Shown piece by piece: positions 30,026 to 39,296 of a stretch of 64,000 bases of DNA. Source of the stretch: Myxococcota bacterium. Its GTDB lineage: Bacteria > Myxococcota_A > SURF-8. Location: the NCBI GenBank assembly GCA_963674735.2, contig CAXXQS010000002.1:1952001-2016000 (forward strand), written 5' to 3'. The position numbers and the translations under genes were made by a program. Below the pieces are notes generated by a model. The model searched no databases. It was given only the letters and a program-made list of their open reading frames with translations, and was not told where the DNA came from. Within the stretch, counting starts at the first letter, position 1. Every line of letters starts with the position of its first letter.

Positions 30026-30613
30026 TCATGTCTCTCGAACCTTGGTTTTCTTGAGCTTCATGCCCATGCATTTAGCTTTTCGAATGGCTTTGACAATGGG
30101 CTCGGCCAAAAACGTCGTACCGCAGCCGCGCGGTCGGATCAGCCGACGATCGCCCAGTTTCGATCGTTGCAACACTGGAGCGACAACGGATGATTTGCTG
30201 ATCTTTCCATCCATGCCATAGCCGTAATCCGTCCATTCCTCGTCCAGCACATCCGGTCTGTCGGGGATATGCAGGGCGTAGTAGGTGTGACGGATGCCGT
30301 CTTGGTCCACGACGACGTTTTCCAGCCATTCGTAGGCATCGCTCGGTGAGGCGTTCTGATCGATGATGGATCTAAGAAGTGGCGAACATAATTCCCAGCC
30401 TAAATCATTGACAAGATAGTCGGAAAGAATGCCATCACGTAGCTTGAAGGTTACCGGTTTCCATTCATCGTAATGCTTCCCTTCTTGTCTCAGTGTTGGA
30501 TAAAGGCCCTGAGGTGTATAACCAACGCCGAAGGACATATCAGAACTGCGAAACAGTTTATAGAAAAGTTGCTGAGCCATGTCATCTCCTAAGCTTTGCA
30601 ACGATTTATTCAT
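30026..30613 (-). CDS. Imm11/DUF1629-like immunity protein, array copy 1 (presumed cognate)
   Basis: directly downstream of the toxin, ATG overlapping the toxin end; alternative start at 30580 after AGGAG. Confidence 0.8.
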   Translation of the reverse strand: MNKSLQSLGDDMAQQLFYKLFRSSDMSFGVGYTPQGLYPTLRQEGKHYDEWKPVTFKLRDGILSDYLVNDLGWELCSPLLRSIIDQNASPSDAYEWLENVVVDQDGIRHTYYALHIPDRPDVLDEEWTDYGYGMDGKISKSSVVAPVLQRSKLGDRRLIRPRGCGTTFLAEPIVKAIRKAKCMGMKLKKTKVRET

Positions 30614-31592
30614 ACCATTCGGAGCGTATCATGCCCGGTTCATCCAGCACTTTTTCACGAACAAAACGGCCAAACAGATCCAGGAATTTATCAGCATCGG
30701 CACCGGCTTCACGTTGTGCTTCTTCCATTTTCTCCAATACAAATTTATGATAATCCTCCGCGTGCCGCCCGGTATGCGGGATTTCAACCTTGTTCCACGC
30801 ACCGTCGAGGTCGAGATCGTAAAAATCGGCGATCTTCTTGAACTCGGGTGTGTACTCCGAATGGTGGGTGTTGGATGCCAGGTGGTGCGTGTGGACTGGG
30901 AAAGACTTCAGCATGTCGCGGATGGCCGCGCGGCGTTCGGGCAGATCGTCCATGGCCTGTAGTGTCCGGCGGGCTTCGGCGACGCTCAGGAATTTCTTCC
31001 CGAATATGTAAACGACCGGACCGATCAGCAGGTCGGAAGGATCGGGAACACCCACCGCTTCAACGACTTCGGCGGCGGCGGCCAGGGCATCGGCGGCCTT
31101 TTGACCTGCCCGGTTCACGTCGGCGAGATAGGCTTGGCTGTCCGAGCCTTCGCCCGCCAGTGCTTGTTCGTGAGCCACCTTCCGTCGGATCTTCGCCTCC
31201 GCCTGATCCACGGGATCGCCGGTGAACCAGGATTTGACCCAGCCGCCCAGATTGTCCGCGTTCCAGAAATCCGATGGCGTTTCCGTTTCTTCATCCTCTC
31301 CGGTGAAGTGGAAGTCCATCTCGTCCATCCCTTCGTCGACCGGCGGTCTCGCGGCTACTTCCAATTTGCAGGCGCAATTGGGATGCAGGGGTGGGTGGAC
31401 GTCCCAATCCTGGGCGAGGCGTGTTTCTCCGTCGAGCGCCGCGCAGGCGTCGCAGGTCTTGTCGCCCGAGGTCACCCAGGTCAGGTATACCCGGTCGCCG
31501 TTATACCCGGCGACGGCAGCCAGGTGTCCGAACCGGCCCAGTTTCGCATAGGCCCGGTAGGTTTGGAGTCGTTCCGTTTCTATCTGCGCCAC
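30606..31592 (-). CDS. polymorphic toxin: MuF (phage minor head protein)-like N-terminus plus C-terminal AHH-type HNH/EndoVII nuclease
   Basis: WVTSGDKTCDACAALDG...PPLHPNCAC (MuF pattern); HTHHLASN...LDLDGAWNKVEIPHTGRHAEDYHKFV (Tox-AHH pattern); GTG start after GAGGAG; followed by immunity genes. Confidence 0.8.
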   Translation of the reverse strand: MAQIETERLQTYRAYAKLGRFGHLAAVAGYNGDRVYLTWVTSGDKTCDACAALDGETRLAQDWDVHPPLHPNCACKLEVAARPPVDEGMDEMDFHFTGEDEETETPSDFWNADNLGGWVKSWFTGDPVDQAEAKIRRKVAHEQALAGEGSDSQAYLADVNRAGQKAADALAAAAEVVEAVGVPDPSDLLIGPVVYIFGKKFLSVAEARRTLQAMDDLPERRAAIRDMLKSFPVHTHHLASNTHHSEYTPEFKKIADFYDLDLDGAWNKVEIPHTGRHAEDYHKFVLEKMEEAQREAGADADKFLDLFGRFVREKVLDEPGMIRSEWYE

Positions 31593-31714
31593 GATTGTCT
31601 CTCCTCACATGGATTCAAAGCACCGGTATCAGCATAGCGCATGCGGTGTAGAAATCAAGGAGCGAAAGAGTTCAAATAAGCGCATGAGGGAGCATGAAGG
31701 AGCGTGCAGGAGCG

Positions 31715-32539
31715 TCAGGGTGCATCGGGAGCGTCGGGGTCGTCTTCCAGATTCCACATGAATCGGCAGCGGCCCATCATGCAGGTTTCGATCGGTAAAC
31801 AATCGTCTTGATCCGAACATTGCGGTGGTGAGCACTCCTCGGCGATGCATAAAGCACCGATGGGGCAACTCGTGTCGTATTCACAACTCTGCTTGCGGCA
31901 AAGGGACTCGATGCAGGCGCTTTGGGGTGGGCAGTCGATGTTTGTTTCGCAGGGGAAGCTTTCACAGCCTGCCCGGTAACAAAGATAGCCGACCGGGCAA
32001 TCCGTTTCCGATTCGCATTCCGCGGGTGCACAGTGGAAGGATCGGCACGTTTCATCCTGTTCGCAGTTCAAGGTGTAATAGCAGTCGGCGGTGTCGCAGC
32101 GACTATTCAGGCAAATGCTTTCACTGTCGCAGTCGCTGTCGACCTCACATTCTCCTTTGATGCAGCGCTTGGCCAGGCAGACATCGGAAGACTGATAGTC
32201 GCAGACGTACCCCGTTGGACAGTCGCTGGTTTGGTAGCATTGAGTCAGCGAGACACTGCAGCGTCCGCTTTCGCAGATACTGTCCACGGCGCAATCGCAA
32301 TCGCTTAGGCAGTGCGGTTCCACGCAAGACCTTCCTTCGCAGATCAGATCCCCGCAGGCAGTATCGTTCAGGCAGTCGTCGGGGGCGTCGTTGCAGCGAC
32401 CGCCGGGGCCGCAGATCGTGTTTCCAGGACAATCGATATCGCGCGAACAGGTTTCTCCCAGGTCGTTTGTCCGGTGGGTGCAGGCGGAGAGTGAAAACAG
32501 GAACAGTGATAGAAGCAACAAATATCGGCTCATTGCCAT
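31715..32539 (-). CDS. cysteine-rich repeat lipoprotein
   Basis: lipobox LSAC, then about 9-10 C-x2-3-D-x-D-C-x4-5-C-x4-C units. Confidence 0.85.
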   Translation of the reverse strand: MAMSRYLLLLSLFLFSLSACTHRTNDLGETCSRDIDCPGNTICGPGGRCNDAPDDCLNDTACGDLICEGRSCVEPHCLSDCDCAVDSICESGRCSVSLTQCYQTSDCPTGYVCDYQSSDVCLAKRCIKGECEVDSDCDSESICLNSRCDTADCYYTLNCEQDETCRSFHCAPAECESETDCPVGYLCYRAGCESFPCETNIDCPPQSACIESLCRKQSCEYDTSCPIGALCIAEECSPPQCSDQDDCLPIETCMMGRCRFMWNLEDDPDAPDAP

Positions 32540-32542
32540 GCC

Positions 32543-35476
32543 TTAGAAAACATTGTCGAGGGAGAAATACAGCGACCGAATGCCGTCCTGATCGAGCCCG
32601 GCCTGGTAGCCCATGCGGAGTGTGATGGCCTGGAAATACCCCACCAGGATGTCCAGGCGGATTTCGCCGCCGATTCCCTTGCGAGTGTCGCTGATTTCGA
32701 AATCCTCCGCCCAGGGATAGCCTGCGTCGAAGAAGGGGGCGGCATGCAGACGGCGGAAGTAGATCGGCAGCGTCGCAACCCCGCGGTCGATATTCCAGAT
32801 TACGAAGCGGTATTCGGATTTGAACAGGAAGAATTTGTCTCCGGCGATGGAATAAGGGTCGTATCCACGGATGAAATCACCGTAAACGCGATTGTTGCGG
32901 ATCAGGTCGGAGACGAAGTCGCTTTCGGGAAGACCCCCGATGTAAAACAGGCGTCGGTCTTGATAGTCGGACAAGCCCATGCCGCCCGAAATCTTCATGG
33001 CCAGCGAATGGCCATCCACCCAGGGGTTGGCGATGTATTCCGCCCAGCCGCCCACGACGGTGATGTTGTTGAACTGCGAACCCAGCACTTCGGTTTCGGT
33101 GCGGACGTTGACGTACAGCGAACGGCCCGAGGCACTGCCGACGAAACCGGGAAATCCTTGGCGGTTGTTGTAGGACCAGCCGATGGAAAAGCCGCTGCCG
33201 AGTCCGGTGTCGGCAAAGGTGGGCGGATCTTCCAGCGGTTCATAGTCATAGCGGTTCAGCAAACGTGTGTACCGGAAGTTGGTTGAAAGTGACAGGGTGT
33301 GGCCGTAATGGTGGCTGTTCAAACCGCGCACCAAGCGGTTCGTGAAAGGGAAGGAAATCGAAGCCGATGCACCGGTACGCGATTCGTTCTGATCGATCAC
33401 CTCGCCGTTTTTAATGGCGGCAGCCTGAACGGTGTAGGAAGTATGAGTGGCGCGAAGGGAGAGGTTCGGCAGAAAACGCTTATAGCTGTAGCTGACACCG
33501 ATGGTGGGATCTCCGCTTTTCAGGCCGACATCGGCTTCCAGTTCCCAGTGATGATTCCCGGCAATGTCGTCGCCCCACATATGGATTCCCAACGTTGAGC
33601 CTGCGTGATCTTCACCGGAGGTCGGTTTCCACAGTTTTGGGTACAAAGAGGGGAAGGGCGAGTATTCCCGATCTTCAAAAGGAACTTCCGGCTCGTCGTA
33701 GGTGCGGCGGGGGCGTAATTCCGGAACGTCGGGTGCTGGAGGGGCACCCAGTTTTTCCAAATCGATCCAAGCCAGATCATAGCCGTTCCACTTGTAACTC
33801 GACACAATCAGCCGCTTGCCGTCGGGCGTAGCCAAGGGGGAGAAAACGCCTCCCAGAACATTGGTCAACTGCCGTGTTTGCTTCGAGACCGTGTCGTAGC
33901 TGTAGGCGTTGTAAATACCCGTGCGATCGGACGACCAGAAGAGTTGGCGACCGTCGAACGACCAGGTCGGGGACATATCCAGGGCGTTATCCTGAGTGAT
34001 GGGGATGATTTGTTGTGTGTCGAAATCGTAAAGATAGATATCTTTGAAGCCGTCTTGACGCCAGCCGGTGAAAGCCAGGTAACGGCCATCGGGTGACCAG
34101 GCAGGACTGAAAACCTGATCGAAATTTCCTTCGGGCAGCAGATCGATGGCGTCTTTGGAGTCGACGTCCAGAAGCATGAGCTTGGATTGTCCGGGACCGA
34201 AGCTGACGAAGGCCAGATGGCGACCATCGGGTGCGAAACTGGGATCGCGCGCCCGCAGGCCATCCGTGAGACGTTCGCTGGTTTTACGTTCGAGGTCGTG
34301 CAGGAAGAGGTCGTAGTAGTAATATTCCATGCGTGTATACGTGAGCTGGCCTGTCACCACGCGTCTTCCGTCCGGGGCGATGGTCGCTCCGCCGTCGTCG
34401 TCGGCTTCGATGACGATCTCATGTTCCATCGTGTCGAGGTCCAGCACCGCCCAGCCATGCCGATTGGGTCGGGCGTCGTCGTGGAAATACAGCATTTTAT
34501 CGCCGGTTGGAAAAAAACGCGCCGAATCGTGATCTTCGCCGGTGTCGGTGAGGGGATGCAATTCGGTTAGTCCCAGGGCTTTCAAACGCTCGGAATCGCG
34601 TCTGTAGCGGGCGATGGTGAGGTCTTTCCATTCCGCGTAGAGACGCAGATAGTCGTCATCGGTGATTCGTTTGAGAACCGTATTGAGGGAATAGGGAATC
34701 AGCCGTTGACCATACAGATAGCCGAGAGCGGCAAAGGTTTTTTGATCGTATTTATCGGCCAGATATTGCATGAACCTGGCCCCGTATAGATACCAGATAT
34801 TGCCGCGCGGCCAGCGGTCGGTGTTGGCCCCGATCTGATCGATTTCCAAGAAATGGTCTTGCAGGGAGTCCATGCGCAGATACATGTCGAACAAGGCCGA
34901 ACGCTGGCGCCCACCGGCGGTGAAAAAAGATTCGTGGAAAATCGCCATTCCCTCGGTGTACCAGCGCGGCATGTACTGATTGGGGTGGATCATTCCGCCG
35001 AAAATCATATTCACGGCGGCCGGGATGCCCGATTTGGTATCAAGCTGAATCACATGGGTGAATTCATGGGAAAAAAGAACGCGGTACCAGTCGTCATAAT
35101 CGTTGAGGACCGATTTGCGTCCGGGCGGTACGGCGTAAAGAACCATGTGGTTATAGGGGTAGACGTTGACCCAGCCATTGGGCGTATCCACATGGTCCAC
35201 AAGGGCGATTTCGGTTTTGAATTTAGGCTCGTATTCCAAAAGCGGCGTCATTTCGGAATAGATATGCTCCGCCATGCGAGCCAGTTGGCGGGCCATGTTT
35301 TCCAGCCCTTGGTGGTAGCTGATGCGGAAATGTTCGGTTTCCATCGTTCGCCAGTGGAGGTCATAGGGGTACGCCCCGAGCGGTTGTTCAAACAAACCCA
35401 GGGTGAGAAGCAGAAACATTAGAATGCCGAGAAACCACTGCCTCATCATCGCCTCATAATATAATCGTTTCATCAT
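32543..35476 (-). CDS. Omp85/BamA-TamA family outer membrane protein with N-terminal HExxH peptidase-like domain and TolB/PD40 beta-propeller
   Basis: signal peptide, HEFTH...WYTEG, repeated PxW/FSPDG units, IRGY Omp85 loop motif, C-terminal aromatic (FSLDNVF). Confidence 0.85.
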   Translation of the reverse strand: MMKRLYYEAMMRQWFLGILMFLLLTLGLFEQPLGAYPYDLHWRTMETEHFRISYHQGLENMARQLARMAEHIYSEMTPLLEYEPKFKTEIALVDHVDTPNGWVNVYPYNHMVLYAVPPGRKSVLNDYDDWYRVLFSHEFTHVIQLDTKSGIPAAVNMIFGGMIHPNQYMPRWYTEGMAIFHESFFTAGGRQRSALFDMYLRMDSLQDHFLEIDQIGANTDRWPRGNIWYLYGARFMQYLADKYDQKTFAALGYLYGQRLIPYSLNTVLKRITDDDYLRLYAEWKDLTIARYRRDSERLKALGLTELHPLTDTGEDHDSARFFPTGDKMLYFHDDARPNRHGWAVLDLDTMEHEIVIEADDDGGATIAPDGRRVVTGQLTYTRMEYYYYDLFLHDLERKTSERLTDGLRARDPSFAPDGRHLAFVSFGPGQSKLMLLDVDSKDAIDLLPEGNFDQVFSPAWSPDGRYLAFTGWRQDGFKDIYLYDFDTQQIIPITQDNALDMSPTWSFDGRQLFWSSDRTGIYNAYSYDTVSKQTRQLTNVLGGVFSPLATPDGKRLIVSSYKWNGYDLAWIDLEKLGAPPAPDVPELRPRRTYDEPEVPFEDREYSPFPSLYPKLWKPTSGEDHAGSTLGIHMWGDDIAGNHHWELEADVGLKSGDPTIGVSYSYKRFLPNLSLRATHTSYTVQAAAIKNGEVIDQNESRTGASASISFPFTNRLVRGLNSHHYGHTLSLSTNFRYTRLLNRYDYEPLEDPPTFADTGLGSGFSIGWSYNNRQGFPGFVGSASGRSLYVNVRTETEVLGSQFNNITVVGGWAEYIANPWVDGHSLAMKISGGMGLSDYQDRRLFYIGGLPESDFVSDLIRNNRVYGDFIRGYDPYSIAGDKFFLFKSEYRFVIWNIDRGVATLPIYFRRLHAAPFFDAGYPWAEDFEISDTRKGIGGEIRLDILVGYFQAITLRMGYQAGLDQDGIRSLYFSLDNVF

Positions 35477-35566
35477 AAACGAGGCGAAGGGACGCGCAAA
35501 GGAAAAACGACAGAATTCCGAATGATTCGGAGCCTAAAGCCGGACATGCTTCGGCAATAATGCCGA

Positions 35567-37072
35567 TCAATATGGGACTCCGATGTAGATGGGATTGGAA
35601 TACACCCAGATTATTTCGTGTATATACGTGTCGGCTTCGTTTCCCAGCCAAGGGCGTAGATGCTCCGGCACGATTCGCACTTCGCTACGGTAAATGCCGG
35701 ATTCGACCGCAATTTCCAGGTCATGCCCACCTTCGGCGACGACCTCCCATTCGCCGTCATCGGCCTTGAGAATGCGTGCCGATAGGATCGGCTGCGGCCC
35801 GTTCGGGTCCAGACGATAGACCTGTGGCAGGGTTACGCTCAATTGGGCGGATGATCCGGCAAGGATGTGGTCTCCCATTTCATATACAGTTTCAGCGACT
35901 TCGGCATGGAAATCGAAGCCTACCGGATACCCGAGGTAGTCAAAGGCGCCGTACAGGCGTCCGTGGGCGATCGCTTGTTTGAGAACGGCGTCGTCCACCT
36001 CGCCTTCAGGAATCAACACGTAGTTCGAAAACCAATGCATCATGCGGCGAAAGGAATCGATTCGTTCGCCATCGGGACTGGGATTCTTGAACACGTTGCG
36101 ATGGGCGTCGGTGGCGAGGATAGCGGGTAGGGGCTTTTGCATCAAGGCTTTCGACCAGCGGAAAAGGTCGGCTTCGCTTTCCTGGAAAATGCCGATGATG
36201 GCCAGTTCGACCTCCGGGATGGCTTCCGGCTCGGTATCCATCCGTAGCAACAGGCCGATGGCGGCTCCCATGTTGTCCATCAGGTTCTGATGTAAATTGA
36301 ACATTTCGATGCCATCAATCGGCAGATCGAGAATGGTTTCCACTTCCCAACCTTCGGTATGTTGCAGGAAGACCAATCCGCCGGCGGCCTGCATGGCGTG
36401 TATGGCGTCGGCGTCCTTGCTGTTGTAAATGATTTTGCGTTCTTCGATGGTCTCGGCAACGTGATGCTCCAATCCGATCGGCATCATCCCGGTTTCGGTG
36501 CCTGCCGCGACGATTACCCGCCGTCCGTCTTCGCAAACGACCCGATTGGCGACCGGCAGGCCACCTCGTTCGATCAGCTCGTCGCCTTGCTGATAAAGTA
36601 GCACCTCCGGATATTCGTATTCGGCGAAGAGATCGTCGTGATCCGTCAGGAAAACGAAGTCTTGGGCTGTCAGGCACATTCCGGTGCGGCAGTCTTCGAA
36701 ACAGGTTTCATTACGGACGCCATCGATGAAGGGCTCATCGTCGCAGGCGTCATGGGAGTAGGGGGAATGGCTGTGGATAATACCGCGTTTGATGATGAAA
36801 CCTCGTTGCGGTGGCAGTTCATCGGAAGCCATCACCATCCAGGGGTCGTGAAACGGGCCTTCGGGTGCTTCTTCCGTTTCGTTTTCCGAAAGGATATCGG
36901 TTTCCAAGGAATCGTCATCCGCGTCTCGTTCGGCGTCCACGTCACCATCCGGTTCTTGGCTGGTGTCTTGGTCTCCATCGGGAGTCGCGTTCGAGTCGTC
37001 GGCATCGGACATGCAGCCGCTCAAACCTACAAGAAACAGTGACATTATGAAAACAACATTGATGACTCGCAT
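35567..37072 (-). CDS. lipoprotein with PHP-like metallohydrolase domain
   Basis: lipobox LSGC, acidic DGD linker, IHSHSPYSHD, LTDH and TDAH metal-binding motifs. Confidence 0.7.
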   Translation of the reverse strand: MRVINVVFIMSLFLVGLSGCMSDADDSNATPDGDQDTSQEPDGDVDAERDADDDSLETDILSENETEEAPEGPFHDPWMVMASDELPPQRGFIIKRGIIHSHSPYSHDACDDEPFIDGVRNETCFEDCRTGMCLTAQDFVFLTDHDDLFAEYEYPEVLLYQQGDELIERGGLPVANRVVCEDGRRVIVAAGTETGMMPIGLEHHVAETIEERKIIYNSKDADAIHAMQAAGGLVFLQHTEGWEVETILDLPIDGIEMFNLHQNLMDNMGAAIGLLLRMDTEPEAIPEVELAIIGIFQESEADLFRWSKALMQKPLPAILATDAHRNVFKNPSPDGERIDSFRRMMHWFSNYVLIPEGEVDDAVLKQAIAHGRLYGAFDYLGYPVGFDFHAEVAETVYEMGDHILAGSSAQLSVTLPQVYRLDPNGPQPILSARILKADDGEWEVVAEGGHDLEIAVESGIYRSEVRIVPEHLRPWLGNEADTYIHEIIWVYSNPIYIGVPY

Positions 37073-37255
37073 CGGAGATGTCCTTTCGATGGAGATCGGT
37101 TCGACGAGATCGGGTAACGGACTCGTAACTTGTCATATTCACAGCATTATCGGATACTTTGTTCGTATTGACAACGGAATAATCCCGACAAGGGCACGCG
37201 CGCGATCTCCCGTGCTGCGATTGGGGTGTCGATACTGCCGGAAAGAACGGAAAAG

Positions 37256-38230
37256 TCAGACGGTTCCTTCTCCGAACAGATCGTTGAGAGCGACCAGGTA
37301 ATCAAAATCCCATTTCAGCGCTTTCCAGTCGGTGCAGCGGGTACAGGTGGGGTGTTCGAATCGGTGGTTCAGGTGAGATTCCCTCAAGTCGCGCATGGTT
37401 TGCGACCGCCATATTTCCGCCAATGTTTGGTCGCCGATGCGGCCGATCACGGTTTCTTTGCGCCAGTCGTCGGGACAGAATCGAATCGAGCCGTCGTAGG
37501 TTACCACCAGACGGGTGAAGGGCACCACGCAGGGCCAGCGATCCAGTGGATTCTCGGGATTCGACCAACGGGCGTCGTCGTCGAGATCCTTTTTCGGAGT
37601 CAGCTCCTTGGTATCCACATATTGGCGGTGGATGATTTTATCGGCCAGCGGCGACCAGAAACGTTCGAACTGCTCGTATTCGCCTTTGGGAAGTTCGGGT
37701 TGGCGGATGATGCTCACCATCAGTTTGATCTGGTCTTTCAGTCCACGCGCGTCGCGTTCTCGCAACAGAGTGAAAATATTGGCCATCACCCGAGAGAAGT
37801 CGGATCCTTTTCGGATGGCGTGATAGCTGTCGGGGTAAAGCGCATCGAGACTGACTTCGACGGCCAGGCGCGTCTCTCCCGGATTGAGCAGCGCATCCAA
37901 GGTTTCGCCTTCCATCAGAAGACCGTTGGTGTTTATGGCCAGAACGCGTACTTTTTTCTGGAAGACTCGTCGCAGTTGGGCGGCGATGCCTTTGGGCAGT
38001 AGGGTTTCGCCATCGGGAGTGAGGCGTAGTACGCCGCGGTGGGTGGCGACTTCGTCGATGACCTGGTCCATCACGCTATCGGAAATGGTTTCGGGCCGGT
38101 AATCCGGGACGAGGTTGAACGGATCGGCTTGTGGGCAGTGGATGCAGCGGATGTTGCAGACATTGGTATTTTCCACATGCACGATGGGCGGGAAATCGGC
38201 ATGTTCGGGGCGCTTGAATCCATAAGTCAT
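37256..38230 (-). CDS. radical SAM protein with SPASM/twitch domain
   Basis: CNIRCIHC; C-terminal C...DGSIRFC...IG...EIW...CTRC. Confidence 0.9.
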   Translation of the reverse strand: MTYGFKRPEHADFPPIVHVENTNVCNIRCIHCPQADPFNLVPDYRPETISDSVMDQVIDEVATHRGVLRLTPDGETLLPKGIAAQLRRVFQKKVRVLAINTNGLLMEGETLDALLNPGETRLAVEVSLDALYPDSYHAIRKGSDFSRVMANIFTLLRERDARGLKDQIKLMVSIIRQPELPKGEYEQFERFWSPLADKIIHRQYVDTKELTPKKDLDDDARWSNPENPLDRWPCVVPFTRLVVTYDGSIRFCPDDWRKETVIGRIGDQTLAEIWRSQTMRDLRESHLNHRFEHPTCTRCTDWKALKWDFDYLVALNDLFGEGTV

Positions 38231-39282
38231 GAAGACTCCTCGTATACGTTATACGGCAGAACGAAAAAACCGGGAAACGCCTGGCTCACCGCATCTTTTC
38301 CGGCCCGTATGAAGGGGGCGACATCGGTGAGAATTTTGGTGAAAACGCTTGTTTCGGCTTCGGCGCAACCCCAGTTTCGCTTATACGTGTAGCTGGGCGA
38401 TTCTTTCGACGGTGACGATTGGAAGTTAATGGCCCCGCAACCGAGATTGCGTCCCAGTTGAATGGCGGCGTCGTCGAGCAGGAAGCCGGCTCCTTGGCGC
38501 ATGAATTCGGTGGTGGCGGCGCGGAGATAGATGTCCAAGCTCCAACCGGTGAGAAACAAACCGCCTGCCACCATCTTGTCGTCTTGCCGGACTGCGCCGA
38601 ACCGGCACAAGCCTGCCGGGGCCAGTGCGTCGAACAGATCCGCGAAAAAACTGAGGGGTGCGGGGGTGGCTCCGAAGTCGGAAAAACGCGGACATAGGAT
38701 ATGCGAGTACCACTCCGGCAGGTAGGGGCGTCCTTCAACGCCGGAGAAGGCTACCGATAATCCGGCGTCGCTGGCGCGTTTACGTTGGCGTTTGATAAAG
38801 CCACGTATCTTCCAATTCGGAGCGTTATCGGGATCGAAATCATCCGGCAAGTATTGGTAAAACTTATCGAAAATGAAGTCGGGGTCCAGGGCTTCCCGGT
38901 ATAACTCCCGGTCGTCGAAAAACGGGGCGTTAAACAAGCTCAGAACGTCGATCTTCGCTTCACGTGCGGCGGACAGCCAGGCGGATAAAAGCTGTGGGTA
39001 AAGGTTGTTTGAGGGAACGTCGTTACGGCGCAGGATGCCCCCATATCCGGCTGCGAGGGGGCCGGACATCCAGACGGAGCCGATGTCATGTTTGATTTCG
39101 CAAAACGGAAGAAATCCCAGAAGTCGGTTGGCGTGGAAGGCGGCCATGGCGTACCAGGTGTAGCGGGATTCGGACAGACGTTGCCACGCTGCGCTGTGTT
39201 GGGCTAAAGGACGGAACTGTGCGGCCTCGAACTCGTTGAGATAAGGGGTTAGATCTTCGCGGGTGACAAGTGTGCAGTCCAT
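38227..39282 (-). CDS. GNAT/FemAB-like acyltransferase
   Basis: FemAB-type layout: GYGG, FFADLF, VAGGLF, YKRNWG; sits in the sugar-modification operon. Confidence 0.7.
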   Translation of the reverse strand: MDCTLVTREDLTPYLNEFEAAQFRPLAQHSAAWQRLSESRYTWYAMAAFHANRLLGFLPFCEIKHDIGSVWMSGPLAAGYGGILRRNDVPSNNLYPQLLSAWLSAAREAKIDVLSLFNAPFFDDRELYREALDPDFIFDKFYQYLPDDFDPDNAPNWKIRGFIKRQRKRASDAGLSVAFSGVEGRPYLPEWYSHILCPRFSDFGATPAPLSFFADLFDALAPAGLCRFGAVRQDDKMVAGGLFLTGWSLDIYLRAATTEFMRQGAGFLLDDAAIQLGRNLGCGAINFQSSPSKESPSYTYKRNWGCAEAETSVFTKILTDVAPFIRAGKDAVSQAFPGFFVLPYNVYEESS

Positions 39283-39296
39283 TTCTGTGGATTGCC

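Larger units (their letters stand above)
26909..30641 (-). repeat. seven 30-nt direct repeats matching ten codons at the toxin 3' end, one ahead of each immunity gene
   Basis: copies at 26909, 27539, 28163, 28768, 29373, 29988 and 30612 (periods 605-630 nt); coding-strand consensus GAA CCG GGY ATG RTW CGM (TCC/AGT) GAR TGG TAT. Confidence 0.93.

Noticed and set aside
26909-30641. 30-nt repeats read as a CRISPR array or as integron attC sites
   Set aside because: The spacers are ~600-nt paralogous genes, and no cas or integrase gene is in the window. The repeats lack RYYYAAC/GTTRRRY ends and a clear hairpin, and are explained as toxin-tip coding sequence.
26279-31714. Toxin-immunity region read as a prophage or mobile element
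   Set aside because: No integrase, transposase, att-like flanking repeats or other phage genes were seen.
31658-31735. Short GGAGC repeats at ~10-nt spacing upstream of the toxin
   Set aside because: Few and degenerate, and partly explained by the PDAPDAP coding end of the upstream gene.
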